A DNA stretch of 64,000 nucleotides from Hyphomonadaceae bacterium. Its GTDB lineage: Bacteria; Pseudomonadota; Alphaproteobacteria; Caulobacterales; Aquidulcibacteraceae. The stretch covers positions 422,678 through 486,677 of the forward strand of contig JBFWYQ010000001.1 of assembly GCA_050186235.1 (NCBI GenBank). Reading direction: 5' to 3'. This document shows, piece by piece, positions 1 to 9,658 of the stretch (positions are counted from its first letter, which is position 1; each line of letters begins with the position of its first letter). Under the pieces are notes generated by a model, which was not told the DNA's origin, made no database searches, and saw only the letters and a list, made by a program, of their open reading frames with translations. A program made the translations under genes and the position numbers.

Positions 1-204
<204 letters not shown>

Positions 205-301
205 GCCGCACCCCAACGCGCACGCCAGATCGACTTGCAGTTCCTCCTCAGCGTGGACATAGCGTCCGCGTCGTCCCAAACTGGTTCGCGCGAGGGAACT
301 T

Positions 302-1906
302 ATGACGGCGGTGAGCGCGGAAAGGTCCGATACACCGATCTGGCTGCGCGCGGGCGAGCTCTTGCTCGCGGCGATCGTGTATTTCGCGCTCGCTCGCGCG
401 AGCCTCTATTTCGCGACGATCAACGCCAGCGCCACGCCGATCTGGCCGCCGACGGGGCTCGCCATCGCCATGCTGCTCGTGCGCGGCAACGTTCTGGCGC
501 CTGCGATCCTCGCCGGCGCACTCGCCGCCAACTACGCTGTCACGCCATCAATACTAACCGCCGGCGCAATCGCCGCCGGCAACACGCTCGAGGCTGTGGT
601 CGCTGCTTTCCTGCTCAATCGCTGGGCCCAGGGCGAGCGCGTTTTTCAATCGCCGACGGGCGTCGGCAAGTTCGCGCTCGTCATCACCGCCGTCGCGGCG
701 CCGCTCAGCGCGAGCATCGGCGTCACCGCGCTCGCCGCCACCGGCTACGCGCAGTGGAGCGAGTTTCTGCCCGTCTGGATCACCTGGTGGCTCGGCAATC
801 TCGCCGGTGGCATCCTCACGGCGCCTGCTGTCGTTTTGTGGGCGAGAACCTTCCGCGGCGAAGAGCCGGTTCACGTCACGCTCGACATTTTCACGGCGTT
901 CGCGATGGCGCTGATCGTTGCAGTGTTGGCGCTCAGCCCGATCTCCATCGTCCCCGCCGCGAGCCGCGGCGCCATCGCGTTTCTGGTCATTCTGCCGCTG
1001 CTCTGGTCTGCGCTGCGGCTGGGGTTGCGCGAAACGGCCACCATGGCGCTCCTCATCTCGTGCTTCGCCGTCTGGGGCGTAGTTGCCAACGCGAGCCCGT
1101 TCATCCAGCCGACGCTCAACGGCTCGCTGCTGTTGCTTGTGGCCTTCATCGTCGCCGCCACGCTGCCGAGTCTCGCGCTCGCAGCCGAACGGCGCGCGTC
1201 ACAAGCGCTGCTGGATGAAACACGCCAGGAACTCGTGCAGGCGCAAAAGCTCGAAGCCCTGGGCCAGCTCACCGGGGGCGTCGCGCATGATTTCAATAAC
1301 CTGCTCGCGGCCATCACCGCCGGCCTGCGAACGCTCGAACGTCAGAACGCGGAGCGCCAGAAGACCGTCGAACTCATGTCGCAAGCGCTCGATCGCGGCT
1401 CTGGGCTGACCAAGCAGCTGTTGGCGTTCGCGCGCCGCGAGCCGGTGCGGCTCGAACGCATCAGCACGGTGGAAGCGCTGCAAAGCGCCGAAGCGTTGAT
1501 TGCTCAGTCGATGAACGAGGGCGTCCGTTTCGAGATGTATGCAGCGCCTGGACTTTGGCCGGTCAAGGTCGATCGCAACCAGTTCGAGCTGGCGCTGCTC
1601 AATCTCGCCGTGAACGCCCGCGACGCCATGCCGGACGGCGGCACGCTGACCATCCAGGCCGAAAATGTCGTTGATGGCGATCAGAACAACGTCGTCATCA
1701 ACGTCATCGATACCGGGGTAGGGATGAACGAAGACGTTCTGGCGCGCGCCTTCGAACCGTTCTTTTCCACCAAGGCCGCAGGCGCAGGCACCGGCCTGGG
1801 ACTGGCGCAAGTCTACGGTTTCGTCACCCAATGCGGCGGTGCGATCGCCGTCGATTCCGCACCGGGGCGCGGCACGACCGTCACCATCACGCTGCCGCGC
1901 GCCTAA
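302..1906 (+). CDS. MASE1-type membrane sensor histidine kinase, no receiver domain
   Basis: Multi-TM N-terminus ([23 protein letters not shown]1-like motifs); H-box [11 protein letters not shown]; N-box [11 protein letters not shown]; G boxes DTGVGM and GTGLGL. Confidence 0.88.
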   Translation: MTAVSAERSDTPIWLRAGELLLAAIVYFALARASLYFATINASATPIWPPTGLAIAMLLVRGNVLAPAILAGALAANYAVTPSILTAGAIAAGNTLEAVVAAFLLNRWAQGERVFQSPTGVGKFALVITAVAAPLSASIGVTALAATGYAQWSEFLPVWITWWLGNLAGGILTAPAVVLWARTFRGEEPVHVTLDIFTAFAMALIVAVLALSPISIVPAASRGAIAFLVILPLLWSALRLGLRETATMALLISCFAVWGVVANASPFIQPTLNGSLLLLVAFIVAATLPSLALAAERRASQALLDETRQELVQAQKLEALGQLTGGVAHDFNNLLAAITAGLRTLERQNAERQKTVELMSQALDRGSGLTKQLLAFARREPVRLERISTVEALQSAEALIAQSMNEGVRFEMYAAPGLWPVKVDRNQFELALLNLAVNARDAMPDGGTLTIQAENVVDGDQNNVVINVIDTGVGMNEDVLARAFEPFFSTKAAGAGTGLGLAQVYGFVTQCGGAIAVDSAPGRGTTVTITLPRA

Positions 1907-3150
1907 AGATCGAGTGCAGCGCGCGAGGCCGTGGTCAGCACGTCGTCGCGTACGAAGCCATTGCGGCCGTCATCCAGGCTGACCCGCAGCCACCAATGAC
2001 CGCCCGCGCGCACCTTGCCGGTTGCGTTCATCGCCGCGCCCGCCGGCAGGCGCACCAGCAGATTCGCACCACGCCGCGGCTGCGTGCGCAGATTGGCGCC
2101 GGCGCGGCCGGCCTCGATCTGAACCGCCGGCTCGATTGCTTGAATGTTGGAGGCGATAGTTGGCGTCGTCGTGCGCTCAGGCGAACTCCAGCGCACCACA
2201 TCTTCGCGCACAAAACCGACGCGCTCGTCCGGCATCACCACGCGAAACCACCAGCGTCCTTGCACATTGAGCCGCCCCGTGACGCGCAGGCGCGTGCCTT
2301 GCGGCACATTCGCAAGCAAATCGCCGCTCGTCAGCGGATAGTCGCGCACATTGGCGCCGCCGCGAACCGCGACGAGGTCGCGCTCGGGCGCGATTTCCTC
2401 CACCGCGACCTGCATCGGCGAATACGGTTCTTCCTCCGGCGCAATGCTGGAGACGACCGCGGACGCATCGCCCAGCATCGAGCGCACTTGCCCGGGCAAG
2501 CCCGGAACGAAAATCACCGCGAGCACGGCGGCGGCGAACAATCCGAGCAGCCCCGCGCGAAACGTCGGAAAACGCGGCCCTTGCCGCTGTGGAGGAAAAT
2601 ACGTCTGCACCTGCGCCTCTGCGAGCCGTTGCGCCAACTTGCGATCTTCCCGTTCGCGCCGCGCTTCGTCCTTACGTTGACGCTCCGCCGCGCGGCGCGC
2701 TTCGCGCCGCTCGCGCTCGGCTGCGTCGGATCGGGCTGTCGGACGCAGCGCCGCCAGAAGACGTTTCTGGCCGTCGAAAAAGCCCGAGTGCGGCACGGCG
2801 GGGTCGGAATAGAAATAGATGTAATCCACATCCGCCGAAGCAGGTGGCGGACTGGCGCCGGCGAGCGGCGCTGGAAGCACTGCAATGACGCGTTTTCCGA
2901 GCCGTTGCGCTTCCGCGACGTCCCATGCGCACGCATCCGTGTGCGCAGAACTCGGGGTCAGCACCACGACGACAGCATCGGCTTCGTGAATCAAGTCGCC
3001 CCGATCCGGGCCGATCTCGTTTCTGTCGCGGCTGGCGTACACGCCGTTGTCGTTGAGAAAGCCGCCCAATTGGTCGGCGAACGCCGCATCCGGGCGTGCG
3101 CAGGAGACGAACACTTTCGTCCGCGTTTTCGACGCAACGTCGTGGGCCAT
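1903..3150 (-). CDS. TIR-like domain - coiled coil - TM - two bacterial SH3-like domains
   Basis: N-term KVFVSCARPD...ADAVVVVLTPSS...CAWDV (TIR_2-like); TM GLLGLFAAAVLAVIFVPG; two repeats of A(N)(V/L)R..P......L...P.G......G.......W..V....GR.GFVR.DV. Confidence 0.75.
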   Translation of the reverse strand: MAHDVASKTRTKVFVSCARPDAAFADQLGGFLNDNGVYASRDRNEIGPDRGDLIHEADAVVVVLTPSSAHTDACAWDVAEAQRLGKRVIAVLPAPLAGASPPPASADVDYIYFYSDPAVPHSGFFDGQKRLLAALRPTARSDAAERERREARRAAERQRKDEARREREDRKLAQRLAEAQVQTYFPPQRQGPRFPTFRAGLLGLFAAAVLAVIFVPGLPGQVRSMLGDASAVVSSIAPEEEPYSPMQVAVEEIAPERDLVAVRGGANVRDYPLTSGDLLANVPQGTRLRVTGRLNVQGRWWFRVVMPDERVGFVREDVVRWSSPERTTTPTIASNIQAIEPAVQIEAGRAGANLRTQPRRGANLLVRLPAGAAMNATGKVRAGGHWWLRVSLDDGRNGFVRDDVLTTASRAALDL

Positions 3151-3222
3151 TCGAGAAACATAGTCCGGCGTCCGGCGAGGGAAAAGCGCCGGCGGCGGTG
3201 CGCCAGTGGCGCACGCTCCGGC

Positions 3223-5511
3223 TTAACGGCGGCTGAACGGGATGACCGCGATGTCGTAGCTGGACTCGATCGCCACGCCGAAGACAAAGTCGCCGCTGAC
3301 CGGATCAACGGTGAAAGAAGCGGCGAACGAACCGTCCGCGTCCAGGACGCGCCGCACGGGGCCGCCCGCGATGGCGCGCGAAAGCACGCGCACTCCGCCT
3401 TGCTGGGGATTGTCGATCACGTAAATGTTGCCGCCGCTGACGGCCCAGTCACGGTTCGAGTGCAGCAGCGCGTTGTCGCGGCCGGGCCTGAAATCGGGAA
3501 ACATGAGGGTCGGAGCGGCCCCTGGTTCCAGACGCCAAATGCCGTTCCGTTCGCGGTGGACCGCGAACACGCCCTCTGGTGTTTCGATCGCGGTGAACCA
3601 GCCATGATCCGAAATCGGCTGCGGCTGTGCGCCGGCGCGCAAATCTAGGCGGTAGAGGCGCGGTCCTTCTGGGTCGAGCTGGGCAAACACCACGCTCCGC
3701 CCATCTGGAGCAAACGTGGGATTGCCGATTTCCAAGTCACTTCCGACGTCGACAGGTCGGATGACGCCGCTGGTGACATCAATGAGGAACAACTGACTAC
3801 GTCCCTCATGGGCGCCCGTATACGCGAGCTGACGCCCATTGGGCGCCCAGCGCAGATCGTCGGGGGCGGAACCGACGATCTGAACCAGCCGGCGCGGCGC
3901 TTCACCCGGCGACTGAAGATAGAGCCATTCCCCCGCTTGGCCGCGCACGAACGCGAGCACGCCTTCCTTTGAGAAATCGGCGGCATGGTCGAACTGATTG
4001 CCTTCAGTGATCGCGCGAACGCGCCCGCCGCCAGCGCGCCAGAGATTTGTCGCCCTGTTCTCGACTTGCACCGCCAGCAATCCAGGCGCCACCTCCGGTC
4101 TGGAGAGATACGCAAGACTGGGCAAGAGTTGTCGGCCGGCGCTGCGCCCGTCGGCGCCGATGAGCCACAGCTCCGTGCCTGACTCGGCAGGCGACTTGAC
4201 GACAAACAGATTGTCCCGATCGGCCCAGGCTACCTGCGCCCACGCTTCGCCGTGCGTGATGCGCGTCAGTCGCTGCCGGCGCAGATTGTAGACATGCACG
4301 TCACCGATTTCAGTTGTGAGATAGCGTACAAACGCGATGCGATCTCCGTCCGGTGACACCTGCATGGCCATGTCGCCCATGCCTGTCGCGATCGGGGGCA
4401 CCAGATCGCGCACGCCTCCCGTCGCCAAGTCGAGCAGGCGAATGCGGGACGGCCCCCCCTCGCCTGTATCCGAAAAGACGATGCCGCGGCCATCGGCCAT
4501 CCACTCCAGACGGTTTGGGCCATTGCCTTCGCAACCGCCCACTTGGCGGTCCAAGCCGTTTGGAAACTCCCGAACCATGATCTGACAGTAAGTGTATCCG
4601 CCCTCCAGAAACTCCCGGCGGTTCCAGCGGGCGTAGGCCAGCCGGTCGCCGGTCGGCGAAAATGCGGGCAAGGCTTCGTTGTAATCTGGAGTGTCGGTGA
4701 GCCGCGTCTCCTCACCGCCGGAGACATTGCGCATGACCAGGTCGGAGCGATCCCAGAGCTGTTCGCCTTGCTCAAGTGCATAGACAATGAAACGGCCGTC
4801 CGGCGATAGCGCGGGAGAGACCTCCGGCCGGCTCGAATACGCCACCAGCTGCATTGGCGCGAGTTCGTATCTGGTCGATTGCGTCAGCGTCACTGCGGCA
4901 ACAACCACGACAAGCGCAGCCGCTGCTGCGCCGATCGCCAGCACACGCCAACGCCGCTTCGCAAGCGTCATTCCTCGTCGACGCCAGTCTGACTTGGCGG
5001 CGCCCGGGGTGAACGTGTGCGCGTGCACGGTTTCGCGCATCCTCGGCAGTTGTATCGGCCCCAGCGGCGTGAAGCGGGCGTCGATCTCGCCGCGCAGCTG
5101 CGATTTGAGCGCATCCGAGATCACCAGCGCATTCGGCGCGGCCTGCGCCACCAGCCGCGCCGCGACATTGACGCCGTGCCCCATCAGGTCGCCGCCGGTG
5201 ACCATCACCTCGCCCAGATGCGCGCCTGCGCGCACGCGGGGCAGGGCCGCAGCGGGCGCCGCCGTTTCTTCAAGCAGCGTCACCGCCGCCCGCACGGCGG
5301 AACTCGCCAGCGGGAAATCCAGCATGAAGCCATCGCCGGCGGTGTTGAAAACCCGCCCGCCATGCGCTTCCGCCAGTTCGTAGACCCGCGCGCGCAGAGC
5401 CGCGACCCGGCGGGCCGCGCCCACCTGGTCGCGTTCGGCCGCAGCCGAGTATCCCACCGCATCCACTGCGAGGATGGTGGTCAGCTTGCGCGTCTCATCC
5501 GCGGCCGTCAC
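3223..5511 (-). CDS. Class III nucleotide cyclase - TM - TolB/PD40-like beta-propeller
   Basis: RKLTTILAVDAVGYS, NTAGDGF and GDLMGHGVNVAARL cyclase motifs; TM VLAIGAAAAALVVVVAAVTL; repeated P..SPDG/FSPTG/WAPNG/FAPDG motifs; GTG start at 5511. Confidence 0.85.
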   Translation of the reverse strand: MTAADETRKLTTILAVDAVGYSAAAERDQVGAARRVAALRARVYELAEAHGGRVFNTAGDGFMLDFPLASSAVRAAVTLLEETAAPAAALPRVRAGAHLGEVMVTGGDLMGHGVNVAARLVAQAAPNALVISDALKSQLRGEIDARFTPLGPIQLPRMRETVHAHTFTPGAAKSDWRRRGMTLAKRRWRVLAIGAAAAALVVVVAAVTLTQSTRYELAPMQLVAYSSRPEVSPALSPDGRFIVYALEQGEQLWDRSDLVMRNVSGGEETRLTDTPDYNEALPAFSPTGDRLAYARWNRREFLEGGYTYCQIMVREFPNGLDRQVGGCEGNGPNRLEWMADGRGIVFSDTGEGGPSRIRLLDLATGGVRDLVPPIATGMGDMAMQVSPDGDRIAFVRYLTTEIGDVHVYNLRRQRLTRITHGEAWAQVAWADRDNLFVVKSPAESGTELWLIGADGRSAGRQLLPSLAYLSRPEVAPGLLAVQVENRATNLWRAGGGRVRAITEGNQFDHAADFSKEGVLAFVRGQAGEWLYLQSPGEAPRRLVQIVGSAPDDLRWAPNGRQLAYTGAHEGRSQLFLIDVTSGVIRPVDVGSDLEIGNPTFAPDGRSVVFAQLDPEGPRLYRLDLRAGAQPQPISDHGWFTAIETPEGVFAVHRERNGIWRLEPGAAPTLMFPDFRPGRDNALLHSNRDWAVSGGNIYVIDNPQQGGVRVLSRAIAGGPVRRVLDADGSFAASFTVDPVSGDFVFGVAIESSYDIAVIPFSRR

Positions 5512-5660
5512 GTCGCGCTCCCGTTCGACGCTTGCCCGAGTGCTCTCTTGTATCCGGTTACACGCGCGCCTGCGAGCCGGTGACGGCCGTCACATCCAAA
5601 TGGCTAATACGCCCCTAGCTTCACCTCACCGCTCACGCGGCGACGAAAGGAGCCCCGCCA

Positions 5661-5756
5661 ATGTTGATCCGGTTTGCCTGCATCATGCTCGCCCTCACGG
5701 CCTTCGTGCCGGGCGCCTTTGCGACGCTCACTCAAGCGGCGCACATCGTCGCCTGA
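5661..5756 (+). CDS. Small hydrophobic protein, 31 aa (MLIRFACIMLALTAFVPGAFATLTQAAHIVA); below the ORF-track cutoff
   Basis: AAGGAG RBS at 5647-5652, ATG 5661, TGA 5754-5756, followed by a terminator hairpin. Confidence 0.7.
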   Translation: MLIRFACIMLALTAFVPGAFATLTQAAHIVA

Positions 5757-5779
5757 GCGGCCTTCCTTCCTGAAAACTC

Positions 5780-5808
5780 CGGCCGCGGATGCTCTCCGCG
5801 GCCGTTTT
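5780..5808 (+). terminator. Rho-independent terminator
   Basis: CGGCCGCGGA-tgctc-TCCGCGGCCG perfect 10-bp stem followed by TTTT. Confidence 0.75.
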
Positions 5809-5834
5809 GTGCGCATCGCTGCGAAATTTTTTTC

Positions 5835-5989
5835 GTTAACAGGCAGGGACTCCATCTGGAGTCCGGTCGCCTTGGCAGCCACCACATCTTGCGCCATTTT
5901 TCTAAGTTGCTGATTCAACGAGATTCTTTGGACTCGTTTTGTTCCGCAAGTTCCTGATTCCGTAAAGATTTCATTAAGGATCGAGACTC
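5835..5989. promoter_or_regulatory. ftsB upstream region with 7 GANTC (CcrM-type) sites and a CtrA-like box
   Basis: GANTC at 5848, 5859, 5912, 5922, 5931, 5956 and 5985; TAAA-N7-TTAA at 5963-5977; GTTAAC at 5835-5840. Confidence 0.6.
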
Positions 5990-6017
5990 ATTTTGCCCGG
6001 CTCTTGGGGTCGGTACG

Positions 6018-6308
6018 ATGTCGAAACGTGGAGCCCCGCTTGTGAGCATCGGTCTCGGAGCGGCGATCCTTTATCTCGGCGCGCATGCCGTCACGGGCCG
6101 TCAGGGCCTCGTGGCGTATGTCGACCTGCAAGCTCAGCAACGCGTGCTCGAACAGCGCGTAACCGAACTTACGGCTGAAGAGGCCGCGCTCGAAGCACGC
6201 GCCGAGCGCCTGCGTCCGGGGCGCATCGACGCCGACTATCTCGAGGAGCGCGCGCGCATTACGCTGGCCGCCGGCGACAGCGAAGAGATCGTCTTCGCCC
6301 TCGACTAA
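6018..6308 (+). CDS. ftsB: Septum formation initiator FtsB/DivIC
   Basis: N-terminal TM, G..G motif, coiled coil and D.DYLEERAR motif; directly upstream of pdhA. Confidence 0.9.
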   Translation: MSKRGAPLVSIGLGAAILYLGAHAVTGRQGLVAYVDLQAQQRVLEQRVTELTAEEAALEARAERLRPGRIDADYLEERARITLAAGDSEEIVFALD

Positions 6309-6436
6309 TCCTGCTGCGTTGCAGCATCGCAAACCTTTCTGGCGAGCCAAGTCATTCCCGCATAAGAGGAACGCGCGCCGCACCGTGGACTTCGCGTCTG
6401 CGTGCGTCATGTCGTGGACGCGGAGGATGAGCACCG

Positions 6437-7432
6437 ATGGCCAAGGGCAACGGCAAGCAGACCGCGGAAGCGACCAAGGACGAACTGCTTCAGTACTACC
6501 GCGACATGCTGCTGATCCGCCGCTTCGAAGAGCGCGCCGGCCAGCTCTACGGCATGGGTCTCATTGGCGGTTTCTGCCATCTTTATATTGGCCAGGAAGC
6601 CGTCGTCGTCGGCATGCAGGCTGCGCTCAAGGACGGCGACCAGGTCATCACCGCCTATCGCGATCACGGCCACATGCTGGCCGCCGGCATGACGGCGAAC
6701 GGCGTCATGGCGGAACTCACTGGCCGCAGCGGCGGCTACTCCAAGGGCAAGGGCGGCTCGATGCATATGTTCAGCATCGAGAAGGCGTTCTACGGCGGCC
6801 ACGGCATCGTCGGCGCGCAAGTCTCGCTCGGCACGGGCCTCGCCTTCGCCAACAAGTATCGCAAGGACGGCAAAGTCTGCCTGACCTATTTCGGCGATGG
6901 CGCGGCAAACCAAGGCCAAGTCTACGAGAGCTTCAACATGGCCTCACTGTGGAAGCTGCCGGTCGTCTACATCATCGAAAACAATCAATACGCCATGGGC
7001 ACCAGCGTGCAACGCTCATCGGCCGAAACGAAACTGCACAAGCGCGGCATGGCCTTCGCCATTCCGGGCGAAGAAGTCGACGGCATGGATGTCGTCGCCG
7101 TCCGGGAAGCGGGCCTGCGCGCCGTCGAGCATGCACGCTCGGGCAAGGGGCCGTTCCTGCTCGAAATGAAAACCTACCGCTATCGCGGCCATTCGATGTC
7201 CGACCCAGCGAAATATCGCACCAAGGAAGAGGTCGACGAGTTCAAAGCCAAGCGCGACCCGATCGAGCACGTGAAGAAGCTCATCACCGACGCCGGTCAC
7301 GCTTCGGAGGACGAACTCAAAACCATCGACCGCGACATTCGCGCCATTGTCACCGAAAGCGCGACCTTCGCCCAAGAAAGCCCGGAGCCCGATCCGAGCG
7401 AACTGATGACGGACATCTACAACGAAGCCTAA
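6437..7432 (+). CDS. pdhA: Pyruvate dehydrogenase E1 alpha
   Basis: [25 protein letters not shown]-binding motif, [11 protein letters not shown]. Confidence 0.98.
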   Translation: MAKGNGKQTAEATKDELLQYYRDMLLIRRFEERAGQLYGMGLIGGFCHLYIGQEAVVVGMQAALKDGDQVITAYRDHGHMLAAGMTANGVMAELTGRSGGYSKGKGGSMHMFSIEKAFYGGHGIVGAQVSLGTGLAFANKYRKDGKVCLTYFGDGAANQGQVYESFNMASLWKLPVVYIIENNQYAMGTSVQRSSAETKLHKRGMAFAIPGEEVDGMDVVAVREAGLRAVEHARSGKGPFLLEMKTYRYRGHSMSDPAKYRTKEEVDEFKAKRDPIEHVKKLITDAGHASEDELKTIDRDIRAIVTESATFAQESPEPDPSELMTDIYNEA

Positions 7433-7452
7433 GCCTGCGGGGGCAAAGCAAC

Positions 7453-7851
7453 ATGACGCCAGAACTTACCTATCTCGCCTACACGATCCTTCTCTTCTTC
7501 GTGATCGTGTTCATCCAGGCCAGCGCCGGCATTCGCCAGCACGGCGGTCTGGTCATGGCCAACAACCGCGACAACCTTCCGGCCCCCAACGTCTTCTGCG
7601 CCCGCGCCAAGCGCGCCGTCGACAACATGCGCGAGAATCTCTGGTTTTTCGTACCCGCCGTGTTGATCGCGGCCATCGCCGGCATCTCCAACCAATGGAC
7701 CATCCTCGGCGCGCAAGTCTTCTTCTTCGCCCGCATCGCCCATTCCGTCACCTATCTCGCCGGCTGGCCGTTCATCCGTCCGCTCTTCTGGTTCGCGGGC
7801 ATTGTCGGCTGCGCGCTCATTTACCTTGCTCTCTTTGGGATCCTCGTCTGA
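7453..7851 (+). CDS. MAPEG-family membrane protein
   Basis: ATG 7453 ([11 protein letters not shown]); [14 protein letters not shown] and [23 protein letters not shown]-like motifs; TGA overlaps the pdhB ATG. Confidence 0.8.
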   Translation: MTPELTYLAYTILLFFVIVFIQASAGIRQHGGLVMANNRDNLPAPNVFCARAKRAVDNMRENLWFFVPAVLIAAIAGISNQWTILGAQVFFFARIAHSVTYLAGWPFIRPLFWFAGIVGCALIYLALFGILV

Positions 7852-9248
7852 TGACGCAAATCCTCATGCCCGCTTTGTCGCCGACGATGGAGGAGGGCAA
7901 CCTCGCCAAGTGGCTGGTCAAAGTCGGCGACAAAATCGAACCGGGCCAGGTCATCGCCGAGATCGAAACCGACAAGGCGACGATGGAAGTCGAAGCCGTC
8001 GACGAAGGCACGGTGACGGCGCTGTTGATCGAGGAGGGCGCGCAGGGCGTAAAGGTCAACACGCCGATCGCGGTGCTGGATGGTGAAGTCGAAGCTGAAC
8101 CCCCGCCCCCTCGCGGGGCGGGGGCAGGAGTTGGGGGGCGTGCAGAACAGAGCACGCCATTGACGCCCGCGCCGTCTTCTGTTCGCCCCCCCGCCCCAAC
8201 CCCTCCCCCGCAAGGGGGGAGGGGCTCAATTGCGCAAGCCGATCCCGAACTGCCCGCCAACACGCAAATGCTGAAAATCACCGTACGCGATGCGCTGCGT
8301 GACGCGATGGCGGAAGAAATGCGCGCCGACGATCGCGTGTTCCTCATGGGCGAGGAGGTCGCCGAGTATCAAGGCGCCTACAAAGTCAGCCGCGAATTGC
8401 TGCAAGAGTTCGGTCCGATGCGTGTCGTCGATACGCCGATCACCGAACATGGCTTTGCGGGATTAGGCGTTGGCGCGGCGATGGCGGGGCTGAAGCCGAT
8501 CGTCGAATTCATGACCTGGAATTTCGCGATGCAAGCCATCGACCAGATCATCAACTCCGCCGCCAAGACGCTCTACATGTCCGGCGGCCAGATCAAATCC
8601 TCGATCGTTTTCCGTGGCCCCAACGGCGCGGCCTCACGTGTCGCCGCCCAGCACAGCCAGGACTATTCGTGCTGGTACAGCCACGTCCCCGGCCTGATCG
8701 TCATCGCGCCCTACGACGCCGCTGACGCGAAAGGTCTGCTCAAAGCCGCGATCCGCGACCCGAACCCCGTCGTCTTCCTCGAACACGAAATGCTCTATGG
8801 CGCGGAGTTCGAAATCCCCGACGTCAAGGATTGGGTCGTCCCGATCGGCAAAGCCAAAGTCCGACGCCAAGGCGTCGACGTCACCATCACCGCACACTCG
8901 CGCATGGTCGGCCTCGCGCTCAAAGCCGCCGACGAACTCTCGAAGCAAGGCATCGAAGCCGAGGTCATCGATCTCCGCACGCTGCGCCCGCTCGATGCCG
9001 ACACCATCCTTGAAAGCGTCCGCAAGACCAACCGCATCGTCACGGTCGAAGAGGGCTGGGGCCAATCCGGCGTCGGCGCCGAAATCTGCGCGCGCGTCAC
9101 GGCCGACGCCTTCGATTATCTCGACGCGCCGCCAACCCGCGTCCACCAAGTCGACGCGCCCTTGGCCTACGCCGCCAACCTCGAAGCGCTGGCGCTGCCA
9201 AGCGTCGACAAGATTATCGATGCCGTGAAAGCGGTGACGTACCGGTGA
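7851..9248 (+). CDS. pdhB: Pyruvate dehydrogenase E1 beta with N-terminal lipoyl domain
   Basis: [16 protein letters not shown]...ETDKATME lipoyl domain; [32 protein letters not shown]. Confidence 0.97.
   Translation: MTQILMPALSPTMEEGNLAKWLVKVGDKIEPGQVIAEIETDKATMEVEAVDEGTVTALLIEEGAQGVKVNTPIAVLDGEVEAEPPPPRGAGAGVGGRAEQSTPLTPAPSSVRPPAPTPPPQGGRGSIAQADPELPANTQMLKITVRDALRDAMAEEMRADDRVFLMGEEVAEYQGAYKVSRELLQEFGPMRVVDTPITEHGFAGLGVGAAMAGLKPIVEFMTWNFAMQAIDQIINSAAKTLYMSGGQIKSSIVFRGPNGAASRVAAQHSQDYSCWYSHVPGLIVIAPYDAADAKGLLKAAIRDPNPVVFLEHEMLYGAEFEIPDVKDWVVPIGKAKVRRQGVDVTITAHSRMVGLALKAADELSKQGIEAEVIDLRTLRPLDADTILESVRKTNRIVTVEEGWGQSGVGAEICARVTADAFDYLDAPPTRVHQVDAPLAYAANLEALALPSVDKIIDAVKAVTYR
8101..8224. repeat. 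Composite palindromic (REP/MITE-like) element in frame inside the pdhB linker
   Basis: Hairpins CCCCGCCCC-ctcgc-GGGGCGGGG (8101-8123) and CCCCTCCCCC-gcaag-GGGGGAGGGG (8200-8224), with inner complementary GGGGGGCG/CGCCCCCC arms. Confidence 0.7.
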
Positions 9249-9658
9249 TCTACCGCGGCGCATGCCATTGCGGCGTGGTCAGCGCCGAATACGAGACGAA
9301 CGCACCGGTACGTCTTCGCCAAGACGACTGCGGCTTCTGCTCCTCGCGCGGCGTGAAATCGGCGAGCGATTCCAAAGGACGCCTGGAACTCACCGCAACC
9401 AAGCCGCTCAGCCGTTATCGCTTCGGCCACAAGACCGCTGACTTCCTCATCTGCCCCGATTGCGGCACGTACGTCGCCACGCACATGGAAAGCGAACGCG
9501 GCCCCATCGGCGTCATCAACGTCGTCGGCCTCAATATCAAAGACCTGAAGCATTTGCCCGCGACCCTCACCAGTCTTGAAGGCGAGTCCGTCGAAGAGCG
9601 CCTCGCTCGCCGCATCGCGCGCTGGACGCCACTGACGCTCACCGAGGCCGCGCCATGA
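9245..9658 (+). CDS. GFA/CENP-V family protein
   Basis: [21 protein letters not shown]; the second CxC is Q-D-D-C (degenerate); GTG start overlaps the pdhB stop. Confidence 0.8.
   Translation: MIYRGACHCGVVSAEYETNAPVRLRQDDCGFCSSRGVKSASDSKGRLELTATKPLSRYRFGHKTADFLICPDCGTYVATHMESERGPIGVINVVGLNIKDLKHLPATLTSLEGESVEERLARRIARWTPLTLTEAAP

Noticed and set aside
1831-3648. 605-aa plus-strand ORF (also 15055-17517, 19980-21800, 48719-50287 and 54233-55717)
   Set aside because: These are antisense or off-frame shadows of well-supported genes, with Arg/Ala-rich low-information translations typical of high-GC DNA.
1903-5511. Calling the cyclase/TIR pair a Pycsar or Thoeris system
   Set aside because: There is no cNMP-binding effector domain, the TIR catalytic Glu looks absent, and both proteins have TM plus exported domains unlike those systems. 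Kept only as an open hypothesis.
5604-5918. 104-aa minus-strand ORF and 79-aa plus-strand ORF upstream of ftsB
   Set aside because: They run across a terminator, the GANTC-rich promoter and the better-supported 31-aa gene, and contain no recognisable motif.
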